Part shown: piece by piece, positions 21,743 through 36,426 of the stretch
Numbering within the stretch: the stretch's first letter is position 1
Layout of the letters: each line of letters starts with the position of its first letter
NCBI GenBank assembly: GCA_964035545.1
Contig: OZ037768.1
Location: 5,178,741-5,242,740, forward strand
DNA length: 64,000 bases
DNA from: Bugula neritina
Lineage: Eukaryota; Animalia; Bryozoa
Direction: 5' to 3'
The notes under the pieces: generated by a model
The model's input: the letters and a program-made list of their open reading frames with translations, nothing else
What the model was told of the DNA's origin: nothing
Databases searched by the model: none
Position numbers and translations under genes: made by a program

Positions 21743-24700
21743 ATGGCGACTGAGCTCAAGTCAGACAAGATTGCCCGAGAGCCGGTGCTGCTCACCAACG
21801 TGCAGGATTCTAACCTCGTGCTATTCGACACTCTGCATCATAAGGGACACCAGGTGAGTCAGCGTCTTCTTTAAAAGTAGATATATTTATGTATATTATA
21901 CATATATGCATATACGTATACATATGCTACATATACATATACGTATACATATGCTACGTATACGTATACATATACATAAAAATTATAAGAATCAAATTTT
22001 TAGGTGAATTATTATGTACATAATATAATTACAGTTACACTGATGGTGTAGTATATGCTAGTATACTGCATGTATATTATGTATTCTCTGCATCTCTTGT
22101 AGGTAGATGATACCTGCTGTCAAACCTCTCTGTGCCAAGGCTCCATCATGCAACCTAAAGCTATGATACGACCTCAGCCAGGCATTGGTGTGAATATGGG
22201 AGAAGTTGAAGATTTCTACAAGCAATATTTCACTGCCAAGGATGTTAAGTAAGTATTGCACAGGCTCCTGCAGGATGATCTACTGGATGATTGTGATGAA
22301 AGATGTAGTACTAAGTTAGCTTGTATGCTCATGTGTCAACGAGTAGTATATAATTTGACTGATATAGAGTATATAATAGCATGCAGAGCTAATTTCACCT
22401 GCTTAGTTGCTATCTACATAATTTCAACAAAGTTATTACATGACTAATAAATATATTTTAAGTTGAATAAGCATTATAAAAAACCATTTCTGTATGTTTC
22501 AAGTGAGGAAGACCAAGCTAAGAGAATGGCAGAAGTGGAGGCGTCAATCAAGTCAAGCAATAAATATGACATGACGGCCGATGAACTAGAATTCGGCTCT
22601 AGAACTGCCTGGAGGAATGCACCACGTTGCATTGGACGAATCCAGTGGTCTAGACTTAAAGTACAAAAACTTATTTCAATTTGTCTGAACCAAATTTACT
22701 GACACGAAATCTTAATTCAAAAATAGCATAATTTATATAGCGATATATGCATAATTAATCATCAAGTTATATCTTAGCTATGTTTCATTTGATTTTCATA
22801 ATTGTCTCCTCTTTAGTTCTTTGATGGGCGAGATGTGAAGTCAACCAAGGACATGTTCGACAAGATCTGTGAGCAAATAGAGTATGGCACCAATAATGGA
22901 AACATCAGGCATGTACAGACAATCTTACTGGTTTGCAACATAACATAATGGATCTGGTACTAGTACTGGTACTGGTACTGGTATCTGGTACTCGGCAATT
23001 TGATTGTTGTCTTTTTTTAATACAAGTTCATTATTCAGAAAATAAGAAATATTCCAAATTTACTATTTTTAAAATATAATAACAGTTTGAGAAAATTCCA
23101 GATAAGAATATAATAGAGATGGTGGTTTCGTAAACTAATAGTTGCACTGAAATACTTATTGCAATTTTGAACAATAAAGTACTTGTTTCATAAAAAGTTT
23201 TGTTGGTGATTGCTTTAAATAGTATAAACTGTCACTTTAAATTGTATAGTGCGGCAGTTTTATAGTATATTAACCATTTCCAACTCACTTGTCACAACAA
23301 AATTATTTTTTCCCACCCTGTAATTTACCATAATTATTGTCATTTGTTATTCAACATTGTTTAATAGGTCTGCCATAGTTGTGTTCCCATCCAGACAATC
23401 TGGGGTAGAGTGTAGAATCTGGAACGGTGAATATATAAGCTATGCTGGATTTGAAGTCTCACCTGGAGTAGTAGTTGGTGATCCTAACCATGTTGAGTTT
23501 ACTAAGATCTGCATACGACTGGGCTGGAATCCTCCAGTTTCAAGGTTTGTAAACAAGTTTCCTTCGAGTTAATCATTCAGATTTCTTAGTTTAGATTCCA
23601 GTTTAGTCGACTTCTTTTACTTGTCAGGGTTGTGTTTTCTTACGTAATCAGCATTGTTAAATTTGTAATGTAATAATTAATCAGATGGTTTAAAAGTTAG
23701 CAAAAGTATTAAATAAAATAATATGCTTCTCTATTCGTCTCAAAAGTTGATAGTTGCTCTCACAGTGCTTACTAGTGTGGTACAAGAGCAAGCTGTCCAC
23801 TTTACAGTTTGCAATTCAGCCATTGGTTTTACTTACTAAGCTACAATGGCTTCTTTTTTGCCATTCCACTTTTTTTTCTATTTGAAAGAAATGTGTGCAC
23901 TTTACAATTTTGAAGGTTCCAAGTGCTGCCTCTGGTACTACAGTATGGAGACAACAATCCCGACTTGTATGAAATTCCAGAGTCTTTAGTACTGGAGGTA
24001 CAAATCTCTCACTCAAAGTAAGCTTATTTATTTGTTGAAGTAAAGTATTAACCAATGATCTTGGAATATGCATGCTTTAAAATGCCTCATATTTAGTTTA
24101 ATGAAATTGTTTGTATGGACAGATATCCAAAGTTTGATCGACTGGGATTAAAATGGTTTGCTGTCCCTGCTGTGTGCAACATGGGTATGGACTGTGGGGG
24201 TCAGTATTATCCTGCTACGGGGTTTAATGGATGGTACATGTCTACAGAGATAGTGAGAGACTTCTGCGATCCTGCCCGTTATGACCTTCTCAAGGTCAGC
24301 CAGTTCTGTTGCTTCTTATTTTTCAACTTTCCACCATATAGCACAATTCAATTAACAACATTCATAGTGACTGATAAAACTCTTTCATAAAATAATATAC
24401 AGTTGCATAATGATCGCTGAGCAAACCAATTAGAAGGTCTGATGCATTCAGAATGGTTAACTTGGTTAGAGTTCAGCAAGACTAAGAATGTCTAAATACT
24501 ACTTTCAGGATATCGCCACTAGCATGGATATGGACACCACAAAACCTGCTATCTTTTGGAAAGAGTTTGCAGCTACTGAGTTGAACGTGGCAGTGGTTAC
24601 AAGTTTTCAGGTAATGGCTGAACAACGACAGCAGTTTTATAAATTTTTTAAGCTTTATGAACACCTGAATTGCTGATTATAGTATTTTTAATGTTCAGAA

Positions 24701-27700
24701 AACTACTTGCTGAATGCTATAGCAAGTTTTGCATATCTTGATGTGATAATATAGGTCTCAGTGTTTAGTATAGATATTACCTTGAAGAAAGAGAATTTAC
24801 CATTTCCTGCCTTTAAGATGCTAACTAGATGACTTCTTTGCAAAAAAGTGTTTTTCACATATTATGTTGATCTAAAATAAAGTACCATATTATAGAAATC
24901 AAACGTGACTATAACAGATCACCACACCGCCTCAGAAACATTCATGCATCATATTGAGAATGAGCAAATGTTACGAGGGGGTTGTCCAGCTGACTGGGTC
25001 TGGGTTGTTCCACCACTAGGGGGTTCTTTGCTACCCGTCTTTCACCAGGAAATGCTCAACTATAAGTTGAAACCAAGCTACGAATATCAGGTAAAGAATA
25101 CATTTGACAACACTGTATTATTTTGGTGTACACGCAGCAGACACTAATAACTTTATTGCATGATTGTATAGATGGCAGGAATCTGTAGGTAATTAAACTA
25201 ATAATGTGTTTGTAGACTAAGGCGTGGGTGAGGTTCATGTGGAAAGGTTCTGTACAAGGGAAGGCGAGACCAAAGATGCTTTCATTTCGAAGTATCAACA
25301 GGTTTGATGGTTTTGTGTATGACATACATGCTGACATATATGCTGACACATATACTGACACTTATATTGACATACATGCTGACATATATACTGAATAATA
25401 ATCAATATTTATTAAGTTATTTTTGAACCTGCAGTCCTGTTTTTATATAGCAATAGCCGTGTATACTTACAGAGCAATGATGCTTTGCGGGGGTATAATG
25501 AAAGCTGCCCTAAGCAAGAGAAGATACTGCACCATCCTGTATGCCACGGAGACGGGCATCTCTGAAGGCTACGCTAACAAACTTCAACGTATATTTGGCC
25601 AGGCTTTTCATGTTGAGGTGAATCTAACGCTGTTCATGATTTTTTGTGTAGTTATATGCTATACTATGTACATTATTTACATGCAAAGTTGATGTCTAAA
25701 AATTTTAGAAAATATTTTATCTATTATTTAGTGTGCACACGCTTACACAAAATTAGCTATTTCAATTTTTCTCAAATATTTAGGATTATTTTTAACTGCT
25801 CATGCCATGTTAACACACTTTTAAGGAAAATGATTTATTTAGCCAATGTGTCAAAAACATTGATTCTTAACAAAATTCACTTCCCAATGGCTGTCTTATT
25901 AAACCCTCATGCACATACATGTAATATATAAGTATTGTCTTCAGGGTAAAATTCTTTTTTATTCAGAAGTTTAGAATATCTTGCTGGTGCTAATAATGTG
26001 TAGTTGCTGTCTTTAACTGGTCCCATTAATTTGTAGGTGCTGTCTATGGACATGTATGACGTGTCAAGGTTGGGAGCCGAGGAGCTGCTGTTCATTGTAA
26101 CCAGTACATTTGGTAATGGTGAAGCTCCAGAGAACGGAAAGGTATTGTATTCGGAGAGTGAAATTTCAAGTGATTTATTTTTCTGTAGTACTGCTCTATC
26201 TATAGCACAAGACTTTACATCTGTGAAATAAAGCAAAACCAAATTCCACTTTAGAATTGAAACCCAAATTAAGCCAGAGTTCACTCATTTACATGGTAGA
26301 GCTATGTTTAATTGTTTTATATAAAATCATGACATTTTACTTTTTGATATGTTGCTCCTAGTATTAAATTACACTTGGATAAAACATATCATTGCTGCTT
26401 TGAATAGTAGTTTTGTTTGCATTTTATTTGTATGTCTAAACGTTTTATAATGGCAAAAGTTAGTTATGCTTCGACTATATATACGCCATACAGATTATAT
26501 ACATGTAAATAACTAACTTTACTTTCATCTTATAGTCATTTGAGAAGAACTTGATCAAGTTTGTTGAAAAAATCACTTCTGGGAGCAAAGATTCAAACGA
26601 AACTGAAAATGGACCCTTGTGAGTTTCTTTAAAAAAACTGTTTATAATGATCTTTTGGATTTTTTGTCTCATCTTCACCAGAGGAAATATCACATTTCAT
26701 GCCTAGCTGTAGATTGGCAAAAATAGGGTTATTAGAGTGACACAGTTATCAATATTAGTCAGTGCAAAAACTAGTGGTTTTAAGCTGAGTACAATGTGAT
26801 GTGTGATAAATTATTTTTCAAGTGCGAGGGGGTGTCTAAATCTGGAAAAGTATGCCCATTGTGACATACCAGAGTACATGGGTGTTGCTGTATTTACCAT
26901 TGTAATCATCATAGCAGACCACTGATGCTTTTTAATGTAATGAGCATGATTTAGAATAATATGAAAAACTCATAGTTTATGCAGACACTTGCTGACAGCT
27001 GTCACAATGGTGTTTTGCAGGTTTTCAGTGTTTGGACTTGGCTCCAGTGCATATCCCAACTTCTGTGCCTTTGCTAAAAGAGTTGATGATTTGCTGAACA
27101 AACTTGGGATGAAAAGGTTATCGGACATACAAACTGCAGATGAGAAGAAGAACCAAGACCTGGCATTTAGAGAATGGTCAACTAAAGTGTACACGGTTTG
27201 TCATCAGTTCAACGCTTCTGCATTTATGAGTAGTAGAAGTAGTCAAACATTATGTATAAAAAGAGGCAAAGCATTGTTTAGCAAATTCAATAGGCGTGTT
27301 AAAAAACTATCCACAGTTCTCATACTTGGTGACTACTCTAACTGAAAACAGATACAGTGTTGGGCACTCCTAGAATTTCGAAATTATTTAGTAAAGGGTG
27401 ATGGTAGAGTAATATATACAGTATAATACATATAATCTTCTTGCAAATGTTTAGCAACCATGGTTCATATAAAGGCAGGTTGCATAACACTAAAAAAATG
27501 TCTGCTATCAAATATTTGCAATGGCAACACACATGAAAAGTTTTTATATTGGCAATTTATTTAAAGCTGTGATATTTCTGCAGAAGGTTTTCTTGTTGCA
27601 TACAGGCTACAAGTTATGGCATTTGCAAAGAAACTGTCTAACATTGTGCTTACCTTTGAGAGTCTGATATTCCCTGAGGGAGAATGATATCCTCAGAAAA

Positions 27701-30700
27701 GTTTTGAATTCTTATATTAGTGTTTCTCAACAACTAATATCTTGCCTCCTTGCAGAAAGCATGTTCATCTTTCGGGATGCAAGCAAAGAGTGCTGCAAAC
27801 GGAGCATCTGTACAAGATTTCAAAGTATCCTCAGCAACCGAATCAGTTTCTGTAATCAAAGGTTTGTAGAAATTGATCTCAATATAAAACCACTTCCCTG
27901 GAAAATATTTTCTAACGGTATAAACTTTAAAGCACTTACTATAAATGATATGAAACAACCATGACATAATTCTGATATGTTATTCCTATATTCTGCAGGG
28001 TTGCAGCACATTCACAAGAAGCTGATATCTACATGTGAAGTTCTGTCAGTCGAGTCTCTCGTATCTGCAGATGCCAAGTAAGTGATATTTCTTTAGTAGT
28101 AGATATATGCAATGATTAACACACAGCTCATTATAATGCACATTGTTTTGTACAGGTGGAGTTATGTTGAGAAGTTTTCTTTTCAAATGTAATCGGTAAG
28201 ATAATTCCAAATAATTGTCTCTTTCGTACAGTTGTAGCACCGTACTGGTGAAGTTCCAACACGACCAGTTGTTGTACTCTCCTGGTGACCATCTTGCCAT
28301 TTTCCCAACAAACAGTAAAGACAAAGTTGAGAAATTATGTCAGAGTTGCATCTTTGAAGATGAGGTGAACATGGACACTCCAGTCTCACTCATTGATGCC
28401 CCGGAGAATGAAGGTGAGAGTTGCTGAAGCAGTGATTGTACAGATTCAAATAAAGAATGGGAAGCATTTTTGTTCCTTTTTTTTACACTTATAAAGCTTG
28501 CCAGGGTCAAATTTGAATTTCCATGGTCTGAAGCAGATTCTTAACTTTTTCACATTTTACCCTTAGTAACTGCTAACTAGTTACTAACCAGTTGCTAATT
28601 AGCGGTTAGTTACTAGTTACCAGTTAGTAGTTACTAAAACTTAGTTGCTATTATTAAAAACTCTTTTTCTCAAACTTTCCCTTATTTTAAAAAGTAATAG
28701 AGCAGTGTGGCTTTATCTGCTAGTTTTAAAAAATAACCCAAGTCCCAATCTGAAATATATTTTGTAATTCTTCTATATAAGAGACCTACTTGGTTAACCA
28801 GCAATCTATATATGTTATTGTAGGTGTGATGTCAAGAATTCCACCAGCTACGATGTTCACTGCTTTGACTAACTACTTGGATATAGAGTGCACACCCAGA
28901 CAGTGTGACCTGGAAGCCCTGCTACCTGTGTGTGAATGTGACGAGGACCAGCGCCAGAAACTCACTCAACTTTCAACGGTTAGCTTTGGTGTAGTTTTCT
29001 CTCATTCTCACATGTAGGGTAACAGTGCCAACAGAATAACACAAATGATATATCAAGGCCATACAAATTTTTACTAGCAAAATGTTCTTTGTTCACATGA
29101 ATAATTTCAATTCTGAATAGTAAAATAGCAAAGCTGTAGTTTACCCAACATAATTGGACATAAAAACATTATAATATTCACTATCACCTTTTACTCTTAT
29201 AATAAACAATTCTAAATGGAATGGAGCAAAAGTTGTAGCTGAAGTTGTACTGCATTTAAAATCAGTGAGTTTGTGGGTTTTATGTTAACCAACTTCATTG
29301 CACACCATGTAAGCAGGCTTGACTTGATGTTTGAGATTTGAGCCGAAGGAGATAAGAAATAAAAAATCATCAAGTTGTGTCTTAATAATAAAATGACTAC
29401 TTTACCAACTTTATTTCAAAGTGTTGCCTTGAAAAGAAGTGTTTATCACTTTTATGTTTCTCTTTTCCAGGATTCAAACGTATACAACGCATGGGCTGAG
29501 TTGAAGCCATCTTGGGTGGACTTTGTCACAGAGTTCAGCAGTGTTCGTATTCCTGCAGGTTTCTATTTAACAGAACTACCAGTTCTCCAGCCTCGTTACT
29601 ACAGTATCAGTAACTCTCCTTCTATGTATCCTGATCAAGTTCATCTCACTGTCGGTGTCTTGGAGTATCAAGTGAAATCAGGTATTTATATATTCCAGTA
29701 GAATATTTATTTCTCAATAATTAACCTCCATTCCTGTATTTTCTGGTATCAAATTTGAGTAGTTTTATAGGTTATGGGTCTGTAGAACTAACTAATATAA
29801 TTATGCTATGTGCAGTATTGCTGGTTATTTTAGAAAATGGAGAAAGGCAGAAGTTTGGCCATTGTTCCAAGCTGCTGGAGACAATAGTGCCAGGAACAAA
29901 GATCTATGCATTTGTTCGAAGGTAAGGCTTGTGTGCTTCTCATTATAATATTGTTCTAAAAAGCACGAAACTAATTAGTCAAATTATACTGCCTGAAGAC
30001 AAAGTCTGATACAATATTTATTGATTTCTTGTTACAGATTTCCAGATTTCCAGCTTCCTTCTGCTATTAAGTCTGACATCATTATGGTAGGAGCTGGCAG
30101 TGGTCTGGCACCATTTAGAAGTTTCTGGCAAGAAAGGACTGAACTTGCATCAGAATCTGGTTAGTTAATGCAACTTGTGCAGTTGACAAGTTTCTTAGTA
30201 TATGACACGCAGGCACGCAATAATATGTTGCCGTGTACTTTTTCTCTTGTAAAAGTTAGAGAAGTTAAAAGTTTTGTACACTTGAGTTAAAAAGCCACTT
30301 AGATTTATCCTATACTTTCGCTGCTCTGACACTTGATACTTAATGCTACTAACTGCTTGTTCTACATTTTGTTTAACTTTTCAGTCTGTAATAATAATGT
30401 GCTGTACACAGGAACAGGAGAACTACATCTCTTCCAAGGATGCCGAACAAAGTCTTCACTTTTACATGCTGAAGAAATCAACGGAGCTGTGAATTCTAAA
30501 GTCATCACTTCTAGTGTGACGGCTTTCTCCAGAGAAAAGGATATGCCAAAGGTATGAACAACATTTTACATTTTAAGCAGAGTTTTTACACGTGAAAATA
30601 ATACTTTATAAACGTTTTTCCTATGTTAAACTTCAACAAGTATTTTCTCCAACACAGGCCTATGTCCAAGATAAGCTGTTAGAGTGTAGAGAGTTGATAG

Positions 30701-30906
30701 AGGAACTGCTTTTGAAAAAGAAAGCTCATTTCTATGTGTGTGGAGATATCAAGATGGCTATCGGTGTGTCAAAGGCAGTGAGCACTATACTAGCTGGCAG
30801 CACTAGAAATGGTGATATGACAGCATCTGATGGAGAACTGGATTATGTGGAAATAATGAAACAAGAAGGACGTTATCATGAAGATATATTTGCTGTACTC
30901 GTTTAG
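21743..30906 (+). CDS. NOS: Nitric oxide synthase, tandem copy B (about 1059 aa)
   Basis: Exons: 21743-21853, 22103-22248, 22504-22660, 22817-22908 (GC donor), 23368-23544, 23916-24017, 24123-24294, 24509-24610, 24896-25090, 25216-25301, 25473-25617, 26037-26141, 26536-26618, 27021-27195, 27756-27861, 27999-28077, 28232-28413, 28824-28978, 29471-29681, 29834-29921, 30038-30159, 30412-30551, 30658-30906. Phases match copy A and most exon lengths are identical. Same motif set (Zn CQTSLC). No frameshift seen. Confidence 0.96.
25320..25394. repeat. 12-bp tandem repeat (TGACATAYATRC, about 6 copies)
   Basis: Read directly in intron 10 of copy B. Confidence 0.85.
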
Positions 30907-33900
30907 TTTCATTTTTTGGCCAGCGTTTCTAATCATCTTCATGGTTTACCATGTGCATGGTATTTATATGGCCTTTAACTTCAGGTGGGAAATTAATATG
31001 CTCATTGGGTTTTAAGTGATGAAACAACTTTTTGTTGCGAAAACTTTTAAAACAACCAATGACACACATTTTAAACAGCAGCTCAAACTAATGTTGAATA
31101 ATTATATGAACACTTATGCAAGTTTTTTCACAATCTTCACAAGCCAGTTGCATTTGTAGCACATTTCTATAGTCAATATTTTATCGATACCATTTATTAC
31201 TAAACAAATTATAAAACTGAAGTTTTTAATGTTGGCTTTTCGCTTTTATTCATTATGTTATATCATTCAACATTATTTTGCAAAGCTTGTTTGATTTTTA
31301 TACTTAATGTTTTTATATAATGTATTATATATATTACAGAGTATATGCTACATATATTATTATATACTATGCAACTGATTGCATGAATGCAAATGTTATT
31401 CATGTTTTGCTGCTAGCAAGGTATGATTTTTGGCATGACCATGACCAAAAGTTCTAGTTTTTGATCTTTAACCTGCAGACATCAGATAACAATTTGACAT
31501 ATGAGGGACAGGTTTTATGGCACGCATGAAACTTCTAGTCAAACACTATTATTACAGTTTCAAAGTTCATTTGAAACTTGACATTCTTAATTGCTGTCCA
31601 CTAGATAATGCTAAAAAATAATGGATGCAAGATTTGAATTTAAAGAATGGAAATAGTTATTTTAAAAAAAAAGGAATTTTTTATCTGAGATACATAATTT
31701 GCTTGACTATCCACTCACCTGAACTAGGATGTTTCTAATTATCACAGTTCACTTCACTGGTGACTGTGCTGGGTTAGTGAAGAGGAGAAACGTACCCAGG
31801 ATAGCATTAGCTAACACTTAGTAATAACACTTGACCACCATTGAAATCACAAGTATGAAATAACTCCTGAATATTTGAGAGGAGGTGCTAAGCTGTGATG
31901 AGCAGGACTCCAATCTATATTCGTAATATCTAAAAGATCTCGACTTTAGAGTAAAATAAGCTGTATAAATCTTTTAGTAGAATTGTCTTTAACTGCACAT
32001 AATTAGTATGCCTCATGCTTGACATCATGGATTTTTCATTCGATGCATGGGAACGCAGTCAGCATCTATACCTAATTTGAAATAATTATGTTGTAATAGA
32101 GACTACCCAGGTAAGACACGCATAGCCTGAGCTAGCAGGTGTTTGCTATTGTCTGTGTATAATGCTAGCTAAATAAATGCTAGAGCTGCGCTCATAAATA
32201 GCATTTGCTACTTTTAAATCTTCATTTTGATTGCATAACAGCACAAACATTGAAATCCGTTCTATAAGTTTCAAGCAGATTAATTAGTTTAAAAAATATC
32301 AAAATATCGCAGCAATAAAGTTATGCAAGAAAATGTATCACTTGTTTATGCAGTAAAGCTTGAGTTACAGAAGTCTGCATGCTGCATGGATATGCTTGAA
32401 TCTTTATCATTGGTTAATGTTATTCTCCTTCCATTTCAGTAACAGTAAACCCGCCATCAAACATGGGCCATAATTTATAGGGTCATTATCAAGGTTATGC
32501 ACTAATGGAAAATTCTTATAAGTTTCAATACACCAATAAAATCTTAATCAATTCAGTAAGGTAGCTCACACATGTACAGCAAAGATGTAGTGATGGATGA
32601 TACACACTTGTCTGAAATTCACTCAACAGTTCTGCTATGTATTTGAATAAAAGCAAGTGAAGTTTGCTTAGGCTCTGCTGTAAGATGCATATGTCTATAA
32701 TATTCACCATTAAAATTTTCCATAAAGCAATTACACTTGCCGAATAAATCAGTGAAGTGTACCACTTTGCAGGCTTTGGCATACAAATTTTATGCAAGTA
32801 ATAAATAAAAATGTTGCGCTGATAAGCAGCTAAATATAGTTTGGGTGGCATTAGATTGCTAATTCTTGCCACTTTGAATAATATATTTCTAGCCATAATC
32901 TTTTTATTGCCAGTTTCTCCACTTTTTGGTAAAAGTTATTAAATATTTAACATAAATATACATTATACTGACACAGGAATTCCACCATTAAAAAGTCAAA
33001 CGATTAATGAAGCCATTGGTTATTTGAACCAGGATCTTGTTTAACTCTGCCGTAAGTTGAATTTAGAATAACCTAGTAACTCTATTTGCTGCTTTTGCAA
33101 AGGAATAATTTATGTAACAGTGAGCTATTTATATATGGCTCCACTTTATCACATTTTATTTGTTCTTAAAAGTAATAAAATCCATAAACTTTAAAAAAAT
33201 TCGTAATTGGCTCATTCAATGATGGATAGCTGCTGTCAAAAATCAAACATGAGAAAAATTACCTAAATTTTGATAAATAATTCGAATGGATTTTAAATAA
33301 TTTGTAATCAATCTTTAACTTGGGCTCTTCTGAAAAGTTTAGATTCGTTTATATACAGTATATAACTATATTATGACATAAGAATTTCATATTTATGGTT
33401 GCATTTATATAACAAACTGTATAAAAATATGAAAATCAATCAAATTGCTATGCCAACAAAAACACATCAACTGCCATCTTGAGATTTATTCACAGTTGCC
33501 CAAAAATAATGGCATACCTCATAATATACGTTATTTATATATTAGTTTATCATACACATGTAGGCCTATATTGTATAGGCACCGGCACTTAAACCGTGTA
33601 TATATAGTACTTTGACTGCCATCTCTATTGCAGTGTTTACTTTTCATATATCTTTTTTTAAGTTGTTAAAACATGTAGGGTAGTTCTTATGGAATTTTCA
33701 TCTCTTGTTGACTTCCACATCTATTATAGCTATTACTTATTCCAATTTTTCAACTCGCTTATTTAAAAAGGTAATAACTGCAAAATATGGTTGTAAGTAT
33801 TCAAAATATTTGAAATAAACATGAATTTGAAGTTATATGGGTTGTAAAAGCCAACCTTAAGCTCAGTTATTCTCTTACTGTCATCTTAGTACCCCCTCCT

Positions 33901-34591
33901 ACTGTAGTATCTAATCTTGCTCATGTCTCCAGCATAGAGAAAGTTCTTACACTAAATTACCACCATGATATTCACATACAACTCTCAGTTTGCAAATATT
34001 ATTCAACCAGAGTATATATTCGATAACCAACATTTTAAGATGGATAGTTCAAGCCTTGTGATGAGAACATAATCTCTAATTATATCTGAAACAACACACA
34101 ATATTTATAAATAAACACTGTAATATTAACAAACATGTCATTGTAAGTTATACTATTCAATGGCACCCATTTCAGTGAAAGTTTCTGCATGTCAAAACTG
34201 TAAACAAACAAATGCCACTAACATAGGAGTTGTTGGGCCAGTTGTACAGTTTGCTTGACTTTGGGGTGGGCACACAAACCATACAACCCTTTGTCTGATG
34301 ATAACAAGAAATGCATGCTATTCATGGCCACCTTATAAACTATAATATAAACATAACTAAACATTTGCAATCACATTGCCTAGGCTTCATGCTCAGTCCA
34401 TTTTATTCAATCATCATTATATATTTTTTCAGACTTGCTACTCATAATAGGGTATGCTTGAGATATGATATGATGCTTCACTCCAGAGTAAAGCAATGTT
34501 TCTAACAAGCCTTTGCAACATGGAGAGTTGTCTGTTCTTAAAAATCAAATATATGCACAAAATTGCACATTTCTTCATTATATTTCAAAAG

Positions 34592-36056
34592 GTTTGTTTG
34601 TTTGTTTTATTTTGTCGTAGACGGAAAAAATACATACAGTAGAGGAAAATAAACAAAATGACAAGGCCCATGGCGCAATAGCACTGCAGCTAATCGAGGC
34701 ACCGAGCCGTGAATGGTTGACAGTCAGCGTATTATTTTCTGTTATATAAGATTTTTATAGTTTTTTGTAAAGCTTTAGCAACTCAAAGAGTATTATTTTT
34801 TATCTGTTAATTGGAAATTTGCCATTAAGTGGTCTCTTAAGGCAAGTTTAAAACCAGCCTCCCTCTCCACAGCACGAATCGAACTTGGCAATTTATTCCA
34901 CAGTGACGAACATTGGAATTCTACTCTTCGTTGACCTGCAGCAGTTGATGATGGAGGAGTTTGTAGGCTGAACTCTGAAAATCTTGTGGGATAGTTATGT
35001 GTGAGATGTGTTAGTTGAGAATAGTAAAGTTTATGTGAGAGCAGTAATAGTTTGAATCTGTGTAGAGTGTGAATAGGCATGATTGAAGAACTAAGAAACA
35101 GTGGTTTAGATGGGGAAAGGTAATGCTTTTTATATATAATTCTCAGTATTTTCTTTTGTAGTAAATGTAATGGTTCAAGATAAATGTTTGCTGCATTACC
35201 CCACGATTCTAGACAATAATATGTTAATTTAGAATTTACAAAAGAGTTATTTATTTGTATTAAAATTTTTCTAGGTAGGTGATGGGAACATTTACTTATC
35301 AAGCCTACTAAAGGCCTTAGGTTTTAACAAAGTTTACTGCAATGTTGTTGCCAAGAAAGGTGTGAATCTATTATAATACCTAAGAAGGTAGTTCATTTTA
35401 CCTCAAATAATTTTTTGTTGAACATTTCTAAGGCAAAGCCATTTAAATCTTGTTTATTTTGCGCTGTTTTGATTATCATATAATTTGTTTTACTCATGTT
35501 TACAGTTAATTTATTTTTATTGCACCAAGTTTCAATTTTCTTTAATTCACAGTTTATGATGTTCATATTGTTTATTAGATTTTTTAATTCAAAGAAGAGG
35601 TTCGTATCGTAGGCAAATAATATAGGGTCTAAATGCATAGTTACATCTGGAAGATCATTTATATAAATTAGGAATAGTGTGGGACCAAGTATGGATCCTT
35701 GTGGTACTCCACATGTGATGTGAATAAAGTCAGAATATGTGTTGTTGATAATAGTGGACTGTTGAGATAGGCCAGATAATTTTTAATTAGTTTCACACTG
35801 TAACTTGAAAAGTGGAGCATTTTTAATTTAGCTAATAAGATTTCATGATTTATTGTGTCAAATTAGGCCTTACTAAAATCGAGGAAAATTCCCAGCTACA
35901 GAATTACCATTGTTCATAGCATTTAAAACCCTATTTGTTAGATTAATTAAGGCAATATTTGTGCTTCTATTTCGTCTGAAGCAGCACTGCTTATCAGTTA
36001 AATAATTGTTGCTTTCTAGAAAATCTACTATTTGCTTATTTAAAATCTTTTCGGCT
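34592..36056 (-). mobile_element. 5'-truncated, decayed non-LTR retrotransposon (L2/CR1-group reverse transcriptase)
   Basis: The minus strand reads LGIFLDFSKA*FDTINHE, TCGVPQGSILGPTLFLIYINDLP, LFAYDTN (FADD mutated), WCNKNKLTVNMSKT, ESWG..LQKKILRII and SLWNKLPSSIR, with stops and frameshifts. It ends in a (CAAA)n short-repeat tail near 34592-34610. Confidence 0.9.
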
Positions 36057-36106
36057 ATCTTACTGAAAGAAGGTATTTAATAACTTCACTGCGAGCAAAA
36101 GTTATA

Positions 36107-36426
36107 GTTAGCAACCACCTGTCTATAGCTAGCAACCACCTGTCTATAGCTAGCAACCACCTGCCTATATCTAGCAACCACCTGCCTATAGCTAACAACC
36201 ACCTGTCTATAGCTAGCAACCACCTGTCTAGAGCTAGCAATCACCTGTCTATATCTAGCAACCACCTGTCTATAGCTAGCAACCACCTGTCTATATCTAG
36301 CAACCACCTGTCTATAGCTAACAACCACCTGTCTAGAGCTAGCAATCACCTGTCTATATCTAGCAACCACCTGTCTATAGCTAGCAACCACCTGTCTATA
36401 TCTAGCAACCACCTGTCTATAGCTAG
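36107..36426. repeat. 21-bp minisatellite, about 15 copies (AGCTAGCAACCACCTGTCTAT)
   Basis: The tandem units can be read directly. Variant units 7-10 recur as units 12-15. Confidence 0.97.

Noticed and set aside
26682-26693. Possible 12-nt micro-exon in copy B (cag|AGGAAATATCAC) that would give LGNITFSVFG
   Set aside because: It has no GT or GC donor (followed by ATTTCA), and extending it hits TAG. Direct splicing 26618-27021 is already in frame.
32525-32896. 123-aa minus-strand ORF and other short intergenic or antisense ORFs
   Set aside because: No recognisable motifs or splice support, and the composition is typical of random AT-rich ORFs. Several are simply antisense to NOS exons.
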